From: Escherichia coli
Lineage (GTDB): Bacteria > Pseudomonadota > Gammaproteobacteria > Enterobacterales > Enterobacteriaceae
Assembly: GCF_013122565.1 (NCBI RefSeq)
Contig: NZ_CP053258.1
Length of the DNA stretch: 64,000 nucleotides
Direction: 5' to 3' (one strand)
Shown here: positions 48,906 to 62,581 of the stretch, in pieces
Layout: each line of letters starts with the position of its first letter
Position numbering within the stretch: the stretch's first letter is position 1
Program-made: the position numbers and the translations under genes
The notes under the pieces: generated by a model
The model's database searches: none
Told to the model about the DNA's origin: nothing
The model's input: the letters and a program-made list of their open reading frames with translations, nothing else

Positions 48906-49553
48906 TTACCAGACGGGCATTTCGTCTTGCAGGAAGGGATTATGCAGGCGTTCATAACCAAGTGTGGATAATGGTCCGTGACCCGGAATAAATGTCACGT
49001 CATCCCCCAGTGGCAGCAATTTATCTTTGATTGAAGAAATCAGTTGATTATGATCGCCACGCGGGAAGTCACTGCGCCCTACTCCGCCTTTGAAAATAAC
49101 ATCGCCAGAAATCAGCAGCTTTGCCCGATCATCAAAAAACACGACATGACCCGGCGTATGCCCAGGGCAATGTAACACCTGTAAAGTCACATTCCCTATG
49201 CTGATAGTATCGCCTTCGTTCAGCCAACGATCTGGTGTCAGCGGCTGGCACTCTTCCAGACCAAACATACGACTTTGCGCAGGCAAGCCTTGCAGCCAGA
49301 ACTCATCTTCTTTTTCCGGGCCAAAAACCGGCACGCCGTAATGTTGCGCCAGTTCCGCCGCTGCGCCAACGTGGTCCAGATGACCATGCGTCAGCAGGAT
49401 CTGCATCAGTGTCAGGCCGCTGTCATCAACTTCCTGTTTGATTTTTTCCGCATCGCCGCCAGGATCGACCAGTGCGGCCAGGCGGGTTTGTTCACACCAG
49501 ATCAATGAACAGTTCTGGGAGAATGCGGTGACCGGAATAATACGATAGTTCAT
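48906..49553 (-). CDS. ycbL: Metallo-beta-lactamase fold hydrolase YcbL, 215 aa
   Basis: ORF 48906..49553; THGHLDHVG metal-binding motif. Confidence 0.9.
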   Translation of the reverse strand: MNYRIIPVTAFSQNCSLIWCEQTRLAALVDPGGDAEKIKQEVDDSGLTLMQILLTHGHLDHVGAAAELAQHYGVPVFGPEKEDEFWLQGLPAQSRMFGLEECQPLTPDRWLNEGDTISIGNVTLQVLHCPGHTPGHVVFFDDRAKLLISGDVIFKGGVGRSDFPRGDHNQLISSIKDKLLPLGDDVTFIPGHGPLSTLGYERLHNPFLQDEMPVW

Positions 49554-49579
49554 ACTGCCCCTGTTTCGTTAAGCGATTA

Positions 49580-50128
49580 CTACCAGTGCCGTGCTGGCCC
49601 GGTATCAATATGCACAAAGTTACTACGTGGGTAATATCCTACACCACCTGCGCGCATAGATAACGCGGCTTTGCGAATATTGCTTAACGCGATACCTTCA
49701 ATATGGAAATCCATCGCCTGGCCTTTAGTGTGATAGCTTTTCTTCGCTACTCCACGGCTGCGGGCGCGTAGTTCATTGTTGGTATCAATAGAACGATAAC
49801 CGGAAATGAGTTGCACCGGTTTGCGAGTGCCTAACAACCCTTGCAGGCGATACAACTGGTCGAATAATCCTGGGTCGATGGACTTTATTTTGTTCGCGCG
49901 GTAATCGCGGAAAAAATGGTTAAGTTTTGCCAATTCTTCCTGAATATAGCCTCTGCCATCGAAAAACTCCGCTTTGATTGACTCTCCGGTATGAAGATTA
50001 TTGAGTGTCAAAATGCGCGGGCGTGGGGTAGAGAGTGTTGCAAACGCAGGGGTCGGCAGGATGGCGGCACCGAGTGCAACGCCACCAAGCGCCAGCAATT
50101 TGCGGCGATTAGCGTCGAATTTGTCCAT
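49580..50128 (-). CDS. mepK: Peptidoglycan L,D-endopeptidase MepK (YcbK), Tat signal, 182 aa
   Basis: ORF 49580..50137 trimmed to MDKFDANRRKLLALGGVALGAAIL; ATG confirmed 50126-50128. Confidence 0.88.
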   Translation of the reverse strand: MDKFDANRRKLLALGGVALGAAILPTPAFATLSTPRPRILTLNNLHTGESIKAEFFDGRGYIQEELAKLNHFFRDYRANKIKSIDPGLFDQLYRLQGLLGTRKPVQLISGYRSIDTNNELRARSRGVAKKSYHTKGQAMDFHIEGIALSNIRKAALSMRAGGVGYYPRSNFVHIDTGPARHW

Positions 50129-50308
50129 GATAATCAAGTCTACAGGTCAATGTTATCGTTTATATGCACTTCTGGCGCACAAGAGGCACCTTAACCGCCC
50201 GTAAAGCAGACGTCAAGATGACTCAACCCCAGCAGTGACGGGGGCTGCAGAGAATTGCCCCCAATCATGCTAATTATTACGACAACTGATTTCCCCGAAC
50301 TACTTCAT

Positions 50309-52156
50309 TTACCTGATTAATTGTTCCGCTTTCGATACGATTTGCGAGCTGGATCGCGCAGGCAGATCATAATTGTAAATATCTGTACGATACTGGGTAC
50401 GACCATCTGCACCAACAAAGGCCGTCAGGTAGTAGAGATTCACCGGAATCGACTGCCGAATATTGACGTAACGTGTATCACCCTGCTTCAGCGCATCAGA
50501 AATACGTTTGTCATTCCAGCCTGCATCCTGCAACAGCATATTCGCCAGATCGGAAGCTTTATTCACTCGTACACAGCCTGAGCTCAATGCGCGTGTATCA
50601 CGCTTGAACAGATTGTGGTTCGGCGTGTCATGCAAATAAATGGCCTCTGAACTCGGCATATTGAATTTATAGCGCCCCAGCGAGTTTCGTGGGCCTGGAG
50701 CCTGCTGGAAGCGGAACGGTAAATTCGAGGCCGTGATTGTAGACCAGTCAACCTGCCATGGGTCAATCGCTTCTCTGCTGTTCCAGCCGCGCATCACCGT
50801 ATAGCCATGGCTTTCGAGATATCCCGGATCGTTGCGCACTTTCGGCAGAATATCTTTGCGTGCCAGAGTTGGTGGTACGTTCCACGGCGGGTTTACCACT
50901 ACGTTGTTAAGGGCACTGCTCATCATCGGCGTTTTGCGATCGGGGCGACCGACAATGACTCGCGAATCCAGCACCTGATTGCCGTTCTGATAATAAACCA
51001 GCGAATAGGCCGGAATGTTAACCATGATCCCGGTAGAAAGCTCTGTTGGCAGCAAGCGCAATCGCTGGATGTTGAGAGCCAACACGCCAGCACGCTGGGC
51101 GGGCGTTACGTTTAACCAGTCCCGCGTTGCCGGGCCAATAGCACCATCTGCCCCCAATCCTTGCCATGCCTGAAAACGTTTAACGGCTTCCACCAGTTCA
51201 TTATCGTAGGCGGCACGAACGGCAGGCGCAGGTTTACTACGAGACGTCGTTTGTTTGTCCATCGGTTTAGTTTCTGCTGTTTCAACAGTAACAGCGGATG
51301 GGCTGACTACCGCGTCACTTGGCGTGTCATCGCCAGGTAGAGTAATTTTCGGCCCCCCGTCCAACATGCCTGTGCGTTGCAATATTTCGCGCAACGCCGG
51401 TACGTCGTTACTCCACTGCCCTGGGCGCAACGTTGCTTTACCGGTCAGTTGAGGCCACGGTTTGGTGTCACTGAGTAAGGCCAGTAACGATTCATGCATC
51501 GCCGCATATTGCGGATGCTGCGGTGCCAGTCCTGCAACAAACGTAGGCAATTGACCTTTATCCAGCGCCAGCTGCCATTGGTTAATCACCGAAAGCGGCG
51601 GCGTTGAAAGCGCATAAGGTTTACTGCTATATAGCCAGCGAGTGCCTTTGACCGGAATATTTGCAATGAAATGGAGATAGCCCATCATCGCATCGGAGAG
51701 CACCACGTCGCGTGCCATCCCGTTAACACCAGGATCGGTCAGTAACTCTACCCATTTATTAAACTGCGGCTGGAAACCGGCAATCGCCACCTCTGCCAGC
51801 TGTTGCTGGAAGGCTTTAACAGCATCACGGTTTTCCCACATGGGTTGCATATCGCGTGCGGCATACAACAGTTGAAGCTGGTTAAGATAAACCGGCTTGT
51901 AACCTGCGGGTAATTGAGATTCGATTTGCGTGCGGGCTTTTTCAGCCGCACCTTCAGGCAATGGCTGGATCCCCGCCATTATTGCCGTGGCTTGCGCCTG
52001 CGGCAGTGCCTCGCCCTGTTCACTGACAGCCACCGGGCTGTCGCCAGGGATTACTTCAGGCTCATCGGCCTGCGCATTGAACAGTGGAGCGAATGTTACG
52101 GCCAGGCACAAACTGATTGCCGACAGCCGACGACCACACATCATATTAAGCAACAT
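50309..52156 (-). CDS. ldtD: L,D-transpeptidase LdtD (YcbB), 615 aa
   Basis: ORF 50309..52156; signal peptide; YkuD-type catalytic region with HDTPNHNLF...SSGCVRV. Confidence 0.92.
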   Translation of the reverse strand: MLLNMMCGRRLSAISLCLAVTFAPLFNAQADEPEVIPGDSPVAVSEQGEALPQAQATAIMAGIQPLPEGAAEKARTQIESQLPAGYKPVYLNQLQLLYAARDMQPMWENRDAVKAFQQQLAEVAIAGFQPQFNKWVELLTDPGVNGMARDVVLSDAMMGYLHFIANIPVKGTRWLYSSKPYALSTPPLSVINQWQLALDKGQLPTFVAGLAPQHPQYAAMHESLLALLSDTKPWPQLTGKATLRPGQWSNDVPALREILQRTGMLDGGPKITLPGDDTPSDAVVSPSAVTVETAETKPMDKQTTSRSKPAPAVRAAYDNELVEAVKRFQAWQGLGADGAIGPATRDWLNVTPAQRAGVLALNIQRLRLLPTELSTGIMVNIPAYSLVYYQNGNQVLDSRVIVGRPDRKTPMMSSALNNVVVNPPWNVPPTLARKDILPKVRNDPGYLESHGYTVMRGWNSREAIDPWQVDWSTITASNLPFRFQQAPGPRNSLGRYKFNMPSSEAIYLHDTPNHNLFKRDTRALSSGCVRVNKASDLANMLLQDAGWNDKRISDALKQGDTRYVNIRQSIPVNLYYLTAFVGADGRTQYRTDIYNYDLPARSSSQIVSKAEQLIR

Positions 52157-52390
52157 CCCTTGCCCCCTGTTTTTATCATACTCTGAATAGCCAGGCTGTT
52201 ATTTTACGACTTGCCTGTACAACGCCAATACTCACGAAAGTATGACGAGCAAGCCTGTTACTCATCAGGCTTATCTTCAGTATATAAACGCCGATACGTT
52301 TTTACATAACCTAATGTAAAGAAGTTTAAAGAAAAGCGCGCCGTTATGTGCCATTTTTTTAGTGCAGAAACGGAGTTTTCGGAAAAAGAA

Positions 52391-52412
52391 AAGGCGGCAT
52401 TGCTGCCGCCTT
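52391..52412 (-). terminator. Rho-independent terminator after mukB
   Basis: Stem AAGGCGGCA / TGCCGCCTT immediately 3' of the mukB stop, with T-rich tail on the minus strand. Confidence 0.7.
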
Positions 52413-52416
52413 AATT

Positions 52417-55400
52417 TTAACTCGCCTGAGAAGGCGCTTCGTCACTTCCTGGAAGCGTTTCAGGGAGTTGCGGCGCAAATCCTCGCAGGCCGACGACATG
52501 AACGTGTTCGGTATTCTGGAAGACTTTACGTACCAGTTTATAGGTGGTGCCTTTTTCCGGACTGATATTTTCCGGCGCTGCGATGATGAGCTGCATTTGC
52601 AAACGTTCACACAATTCAAACAGCGTGGCGATAGAACGAGCATCCAGTCGCGCTGCTTCATCGAGGAACAGCAGGCGGCAAGGAGAGATATCTTTACCGC
52701 GCAGACGGCGAGATTCATCTTCCCAGCTTTGTACCACCATCACCAGAATCGACATACCGGTACCAATCGCCTCACCGGTCGACAATGCACCAGACTCTGC
52801 GCGCAACCAGCCATCGGAACCACGGTTAACCTCAACTTCCATTTCCAGATAGTTGCGGTAATCCAGCAGTTCTTCGCCAATGGTCTGCGGCGTGCGCTGC
52901 CCCATATCAATCTGCGGATTAAGACGCTGATACAATTTCGCCAGCGCTTCCGAGAAGGTCAGACGGTTGCTGTTAAACAGATCCTGATGCTGCTCGTGCT
53001 GTTCAGAGAGCACATCCAGCAGCATGGCGTGCGTTTCACGCACGTTCACGTTCAGGCGGACGCTGTTCACCTGACCGAACGATACGTTCTGCAAGCCCTG
53101 GTTGAGCATACGGATACGGTTCTGTTCGCGCTGAATAGTTTTGCGGATGATGTTCGCCACACTGCGGGAACTGATTGCCAGTTTCTGTTCACGGGAGGTT
53201 AACTCTTCGGTCAGACGGCTAAGTTCGATCTCCATCTGCTCGATAGCTTCCACTGGATCATCGGTACGAATAATATCCTGACGAATACGTTCACGCAGAT
53301 GCTGATAAACCGCCACGAAGAACTGGATTTTGCGCTCAGGTCGTTTCGGATCTTCCGACATACGCAGCACATCGCGCAGATGTTCGTTATCCGCCACCGC
53401 CAGACGCAGCGCACCCAACGCCTTATCCGACATGGAGCGCAAATCATCAGCGGAGAGATAAGCCAGCTCACGACGGTGTAAGCGGCGCTCAACGCCGTTA
53501 TCTTTCACCATGCGCATCACCGCACACCAGCCCGCTTTGGCGGTCACTACCTGCTCGCGCATCTCAAAGTAATCCCGCTCCAGCTTGCGCAGTTTGCGGG
53601 TCAGGTTGTCCATCTCCGCTTCGCAGAAGGTAAGCGCTTTTTCCAGTTGATTGCGGCGTGAACGGTTATTGCTCAGTTGCGCATGCAGCTCGTCACGGCG
53701 AATACGCGCCCGCTCTTCTGCCCCGCTATCAGCACGCACGCCGATATCCTGCAATTCACGTTGCAGATCGTTGAGTAGCTCTTTTTTGGTGTCGTAAGAA
53801 CTTTTCAGCGAAGCCAGCACCTGGTTGTACTGACTCAACTGCGCTGCGTGACCGCGCAACGCTTCGCGAGCGCGGGTACGCTCCGCTTCCGCCTGTTCCA
53901 GACGTTCACGCAGTTTTTCGTTGAGATCGCTGTTACCGCTAAGCATTTCTGCCGAGTCAGAGTAGCTAAAGTGCGCACGACGCTGCACCACTTCCGTCAG
54001 GGCAAACGCCTGCTGACGGGCATCACGCTGCATCTGCTGAGAGTACGCGTAATCTTCTTTTAACTGTTCGAACTGTTCCGGGTCGCTCTGCAACACTGAA
54101 ACAATCGGTTCCAGTTTCGCCAGTTGATTGCCAAACTGCTGAACAAAACGCGCGGCTTCCTGGGCTTCATCCAGACGTTCGCGGATTTCATCGACGCGAT
54201 CCGCCAGGCTGTCATCAGCCAACAGGTTGAGACGCGGCAGAATGCGGTTCAGCGCCGTAACGCCCTCTTTCGCCTGCTCAAATTGAATACGCTGCTGCTG
54301 GTTATCATTTTCATGATTACTCAGCGCCCGCTCCAGTTCGACGCGACGGCTGTTCAGTTGACGGATTTCTGCTTCCGGGTCAGACTCAAACGCCACCGCC
54401 AGATGACTGCCGATAAAGCGGCTGAACGCCTGATGCAGACGCTGGGTTTTCTGTACATCAAAGGAGAGCGTGGCGAAGCGTTCGGAAAGCACTTCACGCT
54501 CGGCATGGAGGCTTTCAATACGGCTTTCACGCGCAGCACGACCAAACAGCGGCACTTCCGGGAAACGTGAATAACGCCACTGACGATCGGCGATTTTCAC
54601 CACTACCGCTTTTTCCAGCTCATCAACGCTGAACACGCTGTCATCGAATGACTGCGGATCCCCTTCGATCAAATAGAGATCTTCCGGGCAATCGGTCAAG
54701 CCTTCCAGGTGTTCGGTTACCTGTGACAGATCTGGCACCACGATGGCGTGGCGTGACGGGCCATACAATGCCGAGAAGTACGGCGCATCTTCCAGGCTAA
54801 CGTCGTCATAAATTTCTGACAGCAGCACACCACCAAAACGCTCCGCCAGCGCGTTCAGACGCTGATCTTCCGAGCCGCCAGGCTGGCTTAAACGTTCGAT
54901 CTCTTCATCGACAGCGTTTTTGCGCGCGCCCACTTCATCGCGTTCAACAATCGCCTCTCGCTCACGCTCCAGCAACTGTTGCAGATATTCGGTAACGTCC
55001 TGGCTGGAGGTGAACTCTTCGCCGCACTGTTCGCTCAACTGGTTGAGACTGTTTTGCGCTGCCAGCCAAACCGGCGCACGCTGCATCAAACTCTGAATGC
55101 GAGACTGCAGCTGTTCCTGCTCCTGGCGCAGTGCCATACGCTCTTCGCGGGCGTTAGACACGCTATCGGAAAGAGAGGCAATACGCGCTTCCAGCTCCTG
55201 ATGCAGGGCTTCCAGTTCGTCGATATCAAAATTCTTGCCCTGACGTTTGCAGAAATCTGCCAGCAGGCGTTCGGCTTCTTGCTGCTCGCGCAGACGCTGT
55301 TCCAGTTCGCTTAAGCGCATCCGCAACGGCTGAACCTGCTCTGCCAGGTGACGCTGATCGACCCCTTCGCGCAATAGTTCGCGAGCGACATCCCACGCCT

Positions 55401-56877
55401 CGTTACGCGCCAGCGGGCCGTTGATTGCCACCACCAGCTGATAAGCCTGCTCAAACTGGCTGTGCGCGGTTTGCGCCATGCTCATTTTCTGCTCAAGAGA
55501 GAGCATTTTTTCAGTCGCTTCCAGCTCTTTCGCCTGGAAGGTTTCCAGCCATTCGGCGGCGCTGTCGGCGGTTAAGTCCGGCAGATGGCACAGTTCTTTG
55601 GCACGATTAAGCGCAGCAATCGCCTGGTTATACTGGATCGCGCGCGTTTGCTGGACGTCCAGCGCCTGCTGATAGTCAGCAAGCTGGCTTTTCAGCTCGT
55701 CCACTTCCAGTTCGGCAGCTTCCGCACGAGCCTCGTTCTCTTCCTGGCGTTCGATGGCTTCTGCCACCACTTCGTTTTGCTCTTCCAGACGGATCTGCAG
55801 CTCATCAAGATCCGCTTCGTAACGTTCGATCTTCTCCTGCTGACGTAGTGCGGTTTGCACCAGGTTCAGGTGATCGCTGGCCGCCTGATAATCTGCTTCC
55901 AGATCGCCTTCGGCACCGTTGTGCTCTGCCAGCTCACGCGCCATATCGACGTGTTTGTACTGCTCAGCCGCCAGTTGCTGACGCGAAGTATGTAGCTCGC
56001 GACGAAACTCCAGGGCTTTGTCGAGATGGACACGGCGCTCGTTGGCGTGACGCATGTAGTCCGCCGCCACGTAGTTGGTGGCTTCGCTGATCAGATGCTT
56101 AAACAGGTCACGGTCCGACTGGGTGACACGAATCGCTTCCAGCGTCATGCGATTTTCACGCAGTGCCGCTTCCATGTCCTGGAACGCTTTACGCACCCCG
56201 CTGTTTTCCGGCAACAGGTAGTCGCGCAGAGAACGGGTAATGGCACTGGAGATCCCGCCATACAGCGAAGCTTCGATCAGACGATAGAATTTGCTACGGT
56301 CAGATGCGGAGCGCAGACGACGCGCGATGATGCCCAGATCGAACATCAGCGAGTGGTAATCGGTAATGGAGTTGAACTGTTTAAACTGCACGCCTTCCAT
56401 CGCCTCGAGCTTGTCTTTCAGCTCGTTAAGCGGCAGCACGCGCGCCTGGCGTTCGTTCAGGGTTTCGGTCACCAACTGCGTCGGCTGCACCGACATCGGT
56501 AAACCCTGAATGGCAAACGGTTTGATATCGACTTTACGATCGCGTCCGGCAACCTGTTGCAGACGCACACCGACCACCACGCGCTGGTGGCGCGAGTTAA
56601 TGGTGTCGAGCATCGAATAACAGACACCCGCTTTCAGCTTACCGTGCAGACCTTTATCGCGCGAACCGCTGGTGGCCCCGGCTTCCGTAGTGTTACGGAA
56701 ATGCAGCAGGGTCAGGTCGGGGATCAGCGCCGTAACGAACGCCGCCATGGTGGTGGATTTACCCGCCCCGTTACCGCCAGAAAGCGTCGTGACCAGCTCG
56801 TCAAGGTCAAAAGTTCGGGCAAAAAAGCCGTTCCAGTTAATCAGCGTCAGTGAGCGAAATTTACCGCGTTCAATCAT
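52417..56877 (-). CDS. mukB: Chromosome partition protein MukB (SMC-like condensin), 1486 aa
   Basis: ORF 52417..56877; Walker [10 protein letters not shown] at the N-terminus; long coiled coils. Confidence 0.96.
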   Translation of the reverse strand: MIERGKFRSLTLINWNGFFARTFDLDELVTTLSGGNGAGKSTTMAAFVTALIPDLTLLHFRNTTEAGATSGSRDKGLHGKLKAGVCYSMLDTINSRHQRVVVGVRLQQVAGRDRKVDIKPFAIQGLPMSVQPTQLVTETLNERQARVLPLNELKDKLEAMEGVQFKQFNSITDYHSLMFDLGIIARRLRSASDRSKFYRLIEASLYGGISSAITRSLRDYLLPENSGVRKAFQDMEAALRENRMTLEAIRVTQSDRDLFKHLISEATNYVAADYMRHANERRVHLDKALEFRRELHTSRQQLAAEQYKHVDMARELAEHNGAEGDLEADYQAASDHLNLVQTALRQQEKIERYEADLDELQIRLEEQNEVVAEAIERQEENEARAEAAELEVDELKSQLADYQQALDVQQTRAIQYNQAIAALNRAKELCHLPDLTADSAAEWLETFQAKELEATEKMLSLEQKMSMAQTAHSQFEQAYQLVVAINGPLARNEAWDVARELLREGVDQRHLAEQVQPLRMRLSELEQRLREQQEAERLLADFCKRQGKNFDIDELEALHQELEARIASLSDSVSNAREERMALRQEQEQLQSRIQSLMQRAPVWLAAQNSLNQLSEQCGEEFTSSQDVTEYLQQLLEREREAIVERDEVGARKNAVDEEIERLSQPGGSEDQRLNALAERFGGVLLSEIYDDVSLEDAPYFSALYGPSRHAIVVPDLSQVTEHLEGLTDCPEDLYLIEGDPQSFDDSVFSVDELEKAVVVKIADRQWRYSRFPEVPLFGRAARESRIESLHAEREVLSERFATLSFDVQKTQRLHQAFSRFIGSHLAVAFESDPEAEIRQLNSRRVELERALSNHENDNQQQRIQFEQAKEGVTALNRILPRLNLLADDSLADRVDEIRERLDEAQEAARFVQQFGNQLAKLEPIVSVLQSDPEQFEQLKEDYAYSQQMQRDARQQAFALTEVVQRRAHFSYSDSAEMLSGNSDLNEKLRERLEQAEAERTRAREALRGHAAQLSQYNQVLASLKSSYDTKKELLNDLQRELQDIGVRADSGAEERARIRRDELHAQLSNNRSRRNQLEKALTFCEAEMDNLTRKLRKLERDYFEMREQVVTAKAGWCAVMRMVKDNGVERRLHRRELAYLSADDLRSMSDKALGALRLAVADNEHLRDVLRMSEDPKRPERKIQFFVAVYQHLRERIRQDIIRTDDPVEAIEQMEIELSRLTEELTSREQKLAISSRSVANIIRKTIQREQNRIRMLNQGLQNVSFGQVNSVRLNVNVRETHAMLLDVLSEQHEQHQDLFNSNRLTFSEALAKLYQRLNPQIDMGQRTPQTIGEELLDYRNYLEMEVEVNRGSDGWLRAESGALSTGEAIGTGMSILVMVVQSWEDESRRLRGKDISPCRLLFLDEAARLDARSIATLFELCERLQMQLIIAAPENISPEKGTTYKLVRKVFQNTEHVHVVGLRGFAPQLPETLPGSDEAPSQAS

Positions 56878-57581
56878 TATTCTTCCTCTCCGCTATCTGG
56901 CTGATTCTCTTCGGTTTCATCGTTGAGTTGCAGATGATTTTCAATCGGCATTGCTTCGCCATCACGAATCAGGCGACGCTGTGCTTCACGGGGATCGTCG
57001 CCAGCACGCACATCGGCTCCGAAGCGGAACACCGATTCGGTAATGCGGAACTTGCTGCTGTCGTGGCCCATAAACCACACCATGCCTAAACGACGCAGAC
57101 GGTTGAGCGAAGAACGTACTTTTTCCTGCAACTTCTGACGGTCAACGTCTGAACCGGTTGAACGGTTGTTCACCAGTTTCAGCAGTTTCGCTTCATCGGC
57201 CAGGGTGAGCAGTTCGTCGTACAGTTCCTGTTGAGTAAAAATCCCCTCATTCGCCAGCCGTTCCGGGCTGAGATAGAGATAACAGAGGATTTTCCCGACC
57301 ATCATATCCAGTTCCGACAAGACGGAACGAGGGATCAGCGTGGTGGAACGTGGACGTAAATAGAAGAACCCTTCCGGTGCACGAATAAGCTCAACGTTAT
57401 AACGCGCGTAAAACTCTTCCAGATATTCCTGAAAATCCATCAGGAATGCATGATTATCCAGTTCGTCGAGGCCAATATGGCGGCCTGAACGTAAGGCGCT
57501 GTCCAGCGCCGGAAATAACGGATTCGCCAGCGCCTGCGCCAGCTTAACCGGCATCACTTGTTCAATATTTGTCGATGACAT
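56877..57581 (-). CDS. mukE: Chromosome partition protein MukE, 234 aa
   Basis: ORF 56877..57608 trimmed to [16 protein letters not shown] (ATG 57579-57581); stop shares one nt with the mukB ATG. Confidence 0.88.
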
Positions 57582-58884
57582 GCGCCTGTACCTTGGCTCC
57601 GTAATCATTAATCGGCTGCCATTTCGCTGGCAGTCCGGTGAAATCTGCTTGCGCTACGCCAAGACGTACCGCCTGATCAATAACAATGCGCGCAACGTCA
57701 AAGTGACGTGCACGCGGATACTGTGACAGATATTCGCGTACCACCAGACCAAGATCCAGCGGCACTTGTCTGGTTTTGTACACAGCAAGTTGTTCTTCGA
57801 TGATCGCCGCCAGCTGTTCGCGGATCTCGTTAAATTCTTCGTATTCCAAATCTGGCGGAAGTTCCCCAGTCACTTCTTCATCGCGCAGTGCCATCTCTTC
57901 GTCACGCATATCCAGCAGACGATCGGCATTGGCATAAGTTAGCGCCCACGGCTCATCAAAATAGGTTTGTACCGACTGACGTAACCGCTGAGCAAAGACG
58001 CGGTTTTTATCCATATCGATCGCGGTACGAATAAATTTATGTACGTGGCGGTCGTAGCCAATCCACAAATCGATGGATTGCTGGCCCCAACTGATAATAC
58101 GGTCGAGTTTGCTCTGCAGATCGAACACCAGACGATCGACAAAATGCAGATCGTCATGAGTCATCGTCGCATCCTGAATGCGCAACAGATTAGCCTGCAA
58201 TTTGTCGCCTGCCGCTTCCAGCGTATCCTGCAATTCACGCAGCGTTCCGGAAGTTTCCGAAAGCAACAATTCACAGCTGGAAATCGCCGCCCGCCAGTCT
58301 TTGTTCAGCAACTGGGCAATATCGTCCTTCACCTGCTGCTGCTGTTCGTCCATCAGACGTTGCGTCAGGTCGATACTGTCGAAAATTTCTGCTACCGAAT
58401 ATTTCAGTGGCGCATAGACATTACGGTGCCAGTGAAATTCATCACCGCCCTCTTCGGCGGCATCTGCTGCGCGTTTTAGCTCACCCGCCACAATCGACAA
58501 CTGCATAGAAAGACGCAGCGTAGAAAACTCGCGCTGACGGATGTAATAGTCAGTAATGCCGATGCCGAGCGGCGTCAGACGGTAAATTGCGTTCCCTTCC
58601 GCCTGCTCGCTGGTAAAGCGGTTCAGCAGACGTTGACGCACCATGTCGTTGATCGCGTTGTTGGCGCGCACGCCGATGGTTTCGCTGGTTTGCTCAAACG
58701 CATCACTCACATGGCGGAATGCATCCACCAGCTCGCCTTCACTCATCTCACCATCCAGACGCTCGCTGTTCAGCGTGGCAACCGCCAGCAGAAAAGAGAG
58801 TCGGTCTACCGGCAGCGAGATGGAGAAGTCATTTTTTCTGGCCCAGGCAACCAGTTCGGGGACTGTCTGGGAAAATTCACTCAT
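57562..58884 (-). CDS. mukF: Chromosome partition kleisin MukF, 440 aa
   Basis: ORF 57562..58884; [25 protein letters not shown]. Confidence 0.94.
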
Positions 58885-59666
58885 ACTTTATCCTTGCTCT
58901 GCGGTTTGCGCGCGGTGACATGAATATAACGCCCCAGGGTAATATACGGTTCCTGACGGCAATAACGCGTTTCTAATTCAAGTAATGCTTCATAGCAGTC
59001 GCGCTGCTGGTGCTTCTCGCGCAGATAATCATGAAACACACGAACGCCTGTCTTACCCATAATTTGCCAACCAGCTTCTTCCAGCCACAGATAAACCTGC
59101 GCAGGGTCGCGTGGATAATCTGGCGAAAGCGTCCGTTTTTTCTTTTTCGGCATTCCCGCCTGCACGTAATCAAAATTCCCGGCGACCATGTTATGCATCA
59201 ACAAACCATGCGCATTGTAGAACATTAACGACAACACGCCGCCTGGACGCAACACTGACCACAGGGTCTGCAATACGCTGCGGGGATCAGCCACCCACTC
59301 GAGCACCGCATGGAACAATATCAGATCAACGGGCGTTTCCAAATGCGAAGCAACATCCTGAGCGGCGCAATGTATAAATTGCATGTTGTCGCTCACACCT
59401 TTTGCTTCTGCCGCCTGTTTTGCGCGGACGATCATCTGCGCAGAAAGATCGCATAAAATAACCTGATGCCCACGCTCGGCCATTTTGATTGCAGTCTGCC
59501 CTTCTCCACCGCCCGCATCCAGCACACGCAGTTTTTGCGGGCCCATTTCCGCCAGCACGCGATCGAGATCCTGCCACAGAATAGCCTGTCGAAGCTGTCC
59601 TTTGGTGGTGCCGTAAATGTTACGGGAAAACTTTTCCGCAATATCATCAAAATTGCGATCCTGCAT
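58881..59666 (-). CDS. cmoM: tRNA mcmo5U methyltransferase CmoM (SmtA), 261 aa
   Basis: ORF 58881..59678 trimmed to [19 protein letters not shown]; SAM motif VLDAGGGEG; stop overlaps the mukF ATG. Confidence 0.9.
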
Positions 59667-59801
59667 TGCTTTCTCCACCGGTTGGCTAAGACGTTTTCTG
59701 ATAAAGACGCTATTTTGTCACAGCCACGGCGAGAATGAACCCGTCTGGTGTAATATCGCTGGCGATCCCTTGCTATATGGTCAAAAAAGGAACCAGAAAG
59801 G

Positions 59802-60581
59802 ATGCTTTTTACACTGAAAAAAGTGATCGGCGGTATGCTGCTGCCACTTCCGCTGATGTTGTTAATTATTGGCGCTGGCCTGGCGCTGCTGTGGTTTAGC
59901 CGTTTTCAAAAAACCGGGAAGATTTTTATTAGCATTGGGTGGCTGGCACTCTTGTTATTGAGTTTGCAACCGGTAGCCGACCGGCTGCTGCGTCCCATCG
60001 AAAGCACCTATCCGACATGGAATAATTCGCAAAAAGTGGACTATATCGTGGTGCTCGGAGGTGGTTATACCTGGAACCCACAGTGGGCACCGAGCTCTAA
60101 TTTAATCAATAACAGTCTGCCACGCCTGAATGAAGGTATTCGCTTATGGCGCGCAAATCCGGGATCAAAGCTGATCTTCACGGGAGGCGTAGCAAAAACC
60201 AATACGGTGAGTACAGCGGAAGTAGGTGCCAGAGTTGCGCAATCGCTGGGCGTGCCGCGCGAGCAAATTATCACCCTGGATTTGCCAAAAGATACCGAAG
60301 AAGAAGCTGCGGCAGTGAAACAGGCGATTGGTGTCGCCCCTTTCCTGCTGGTGACCTCCGCATCACATCTGCCGCGGGCGATGATCTTTTTTCAGCAGGA
60401 AGGGTTAAATCCGCTACCAGCCCCGGCGAATCAGCTGGCCATCGACTCGCCGCTTAACCCGTGGGAACGGGCAATCCCTTCTCCGGTCTGGTTAATGCAT
60501 AGCGACCGCGTTGGCTATGAAACGCTTGGTCGCATCTGGCAGTGGCTGAAAGGTTCGTCAGGCGAGCCACGGCAAGAGTGA
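59802..60581 (+). CDS. elyC: Envelope biogenesis factor ElyC (YcbC, DUF218), 259 aa
   Basis: ORF 59802..60581. Confidence 0.9.
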   Translation: MLFTLKKVIGGMLLPLPLMLLIIGAGLALLWFSRFQKTGKIFISIGWLALLLLSLQPVADRLLRPIESTYPTWNNSQKVDYIVVLGGGYTWNPQWAPSSNLINNSLPRLNEGIRLWRANPGSKLIFTGGVAKTNTVSTAEVGARVAQSLGVPREQIITLDLPKDTEEEAAAVKQAIGVAPFLLVTSASHLPRAMIFFQQEGLNPLPAPANQLAIDSPLNPWERAIPSPVWLMHSDRVGYETLGRIWQWLKGSSGEPRQE

Positions 60582-61451
60582 TTTTGATGCCAGATCGAAG
60601 TTGCGCCGACTAAATCGTCCGGTATTAACCAGTTGCGCAACTTCATCCCATAACACATACAACCAACGCCGCCAGATGAACGACTCCGCCACTGGCGCGC
60701 GTTGCAGGTAACTCCAGAGCAAATCTTCCGCCAGAGAATTATCCATTAGTCGGAACAGTTCGTATTCCCGCGGTGCCCAAAGCATTAGTCCCGGCCCGAC
60801 CATCGCCAGTAACTGATCGCTGCGCGAATCTTTCAGCATGCTGCGTAAACAGAAGTTACCGTGAATCAGCACACAATTGTCGTTAAAGCCTTCAAATAAT
60901 GCCGGGAGACATTCGCGAGTGCGGAACAGGATCCGCTTATCCTGCATCGTCAGACCGGTGTTATTGAACTGATTGAGCGTGGTCCATAGCACTTCAACAT
61001 GTTGCCGGTACCATGAGGGCCAGAAATTTTCCTGAGTATTGTCGACCGCGCCGACGCAACCGCGACTGTCCTGACGGTGCCAGGCCAGTAAGGCTTCAAC
61101 GATTTGGTCTTTGAGCTGTTCCCAGCGTTCTGGTGTTCGGGCTGGTGCTTCCACCGAAACACCACGCATCCGCTCCAGTAGCAGGACATCGGGGCCGGAG
61201 TGTTCTTCATGCGTCATCACACCATAAATAGTCGGCATACGGACAGTCCCACTTCTTGCCAGCATGGTGGTTTTCCATGCCAGCTGTCGGGCTTTTCCGG
61301 GCGTACTAAAGCTTCTTGCCATTAACGGCATTGGGTTTCCCTGGCTGTCATACAAAGCCCACAACGCCGTATCCGCTTTTTCATTGACGCACTCAATACG
61401 ACTGAGTTTTTCGCCCAGTAAATGGCTTAATTCGGCACGCAGCTGTTCCAT
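60558..61451 (-). CDS. ycbJ: Kinase-like (aminoglycoside phosphotransferase fold) protein YcbJ, 297 aa
   Basis: ORF 60558..61451; 3' end overlaps elyC by 24 nt. Confidence 0.88.
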   Translation of the reverse strand: MEQLRAELSHLLGEKLSRIECVNEKADTALWALYDSQGNPMPLMARSFSTPGKARQLAWKTTMLARSGTVRMPTIYGVMTHEEHSGPDVLLLERMRGVSVEAPARTPERWEQLKDQIVEALLAWHRQDSRGCVGAVDNTQENFWPSWYRQHVEVLWTTLNQFNNTGLTMQDKRILFRTRECLPALFEGFNDNCVLIHGNFCLRSMLKDSRSDQLLAMVGPGLMLWAPREYELFRLMDNSLAEDLLWSYLQRAPVAESFIWRRWLYVLWDEVAQLVNTGRFSRRNFDLASKSLLPWLA

Positions 61452-61604
61452 TCAGATTACCCTCATAAAAGCTACTGCTTTCATAATGAGCGCCAATATA
61501 AAAGATGTCACCTGAATGAGATCAATTGTTGAAAAGAAAAATTGAGGAAAATCGTAACGGTACGACACTCCTCCCAAAATTGTCTGGAGTGTCGTGAAGT
61601 GAAA

Positions 61605-62530
<926 letters not shown>

Positions 62531-62581
62531 AGTTCCTCCAGATGGATCGGGTTATGAATGCATAAATCTTATCATAATCAT

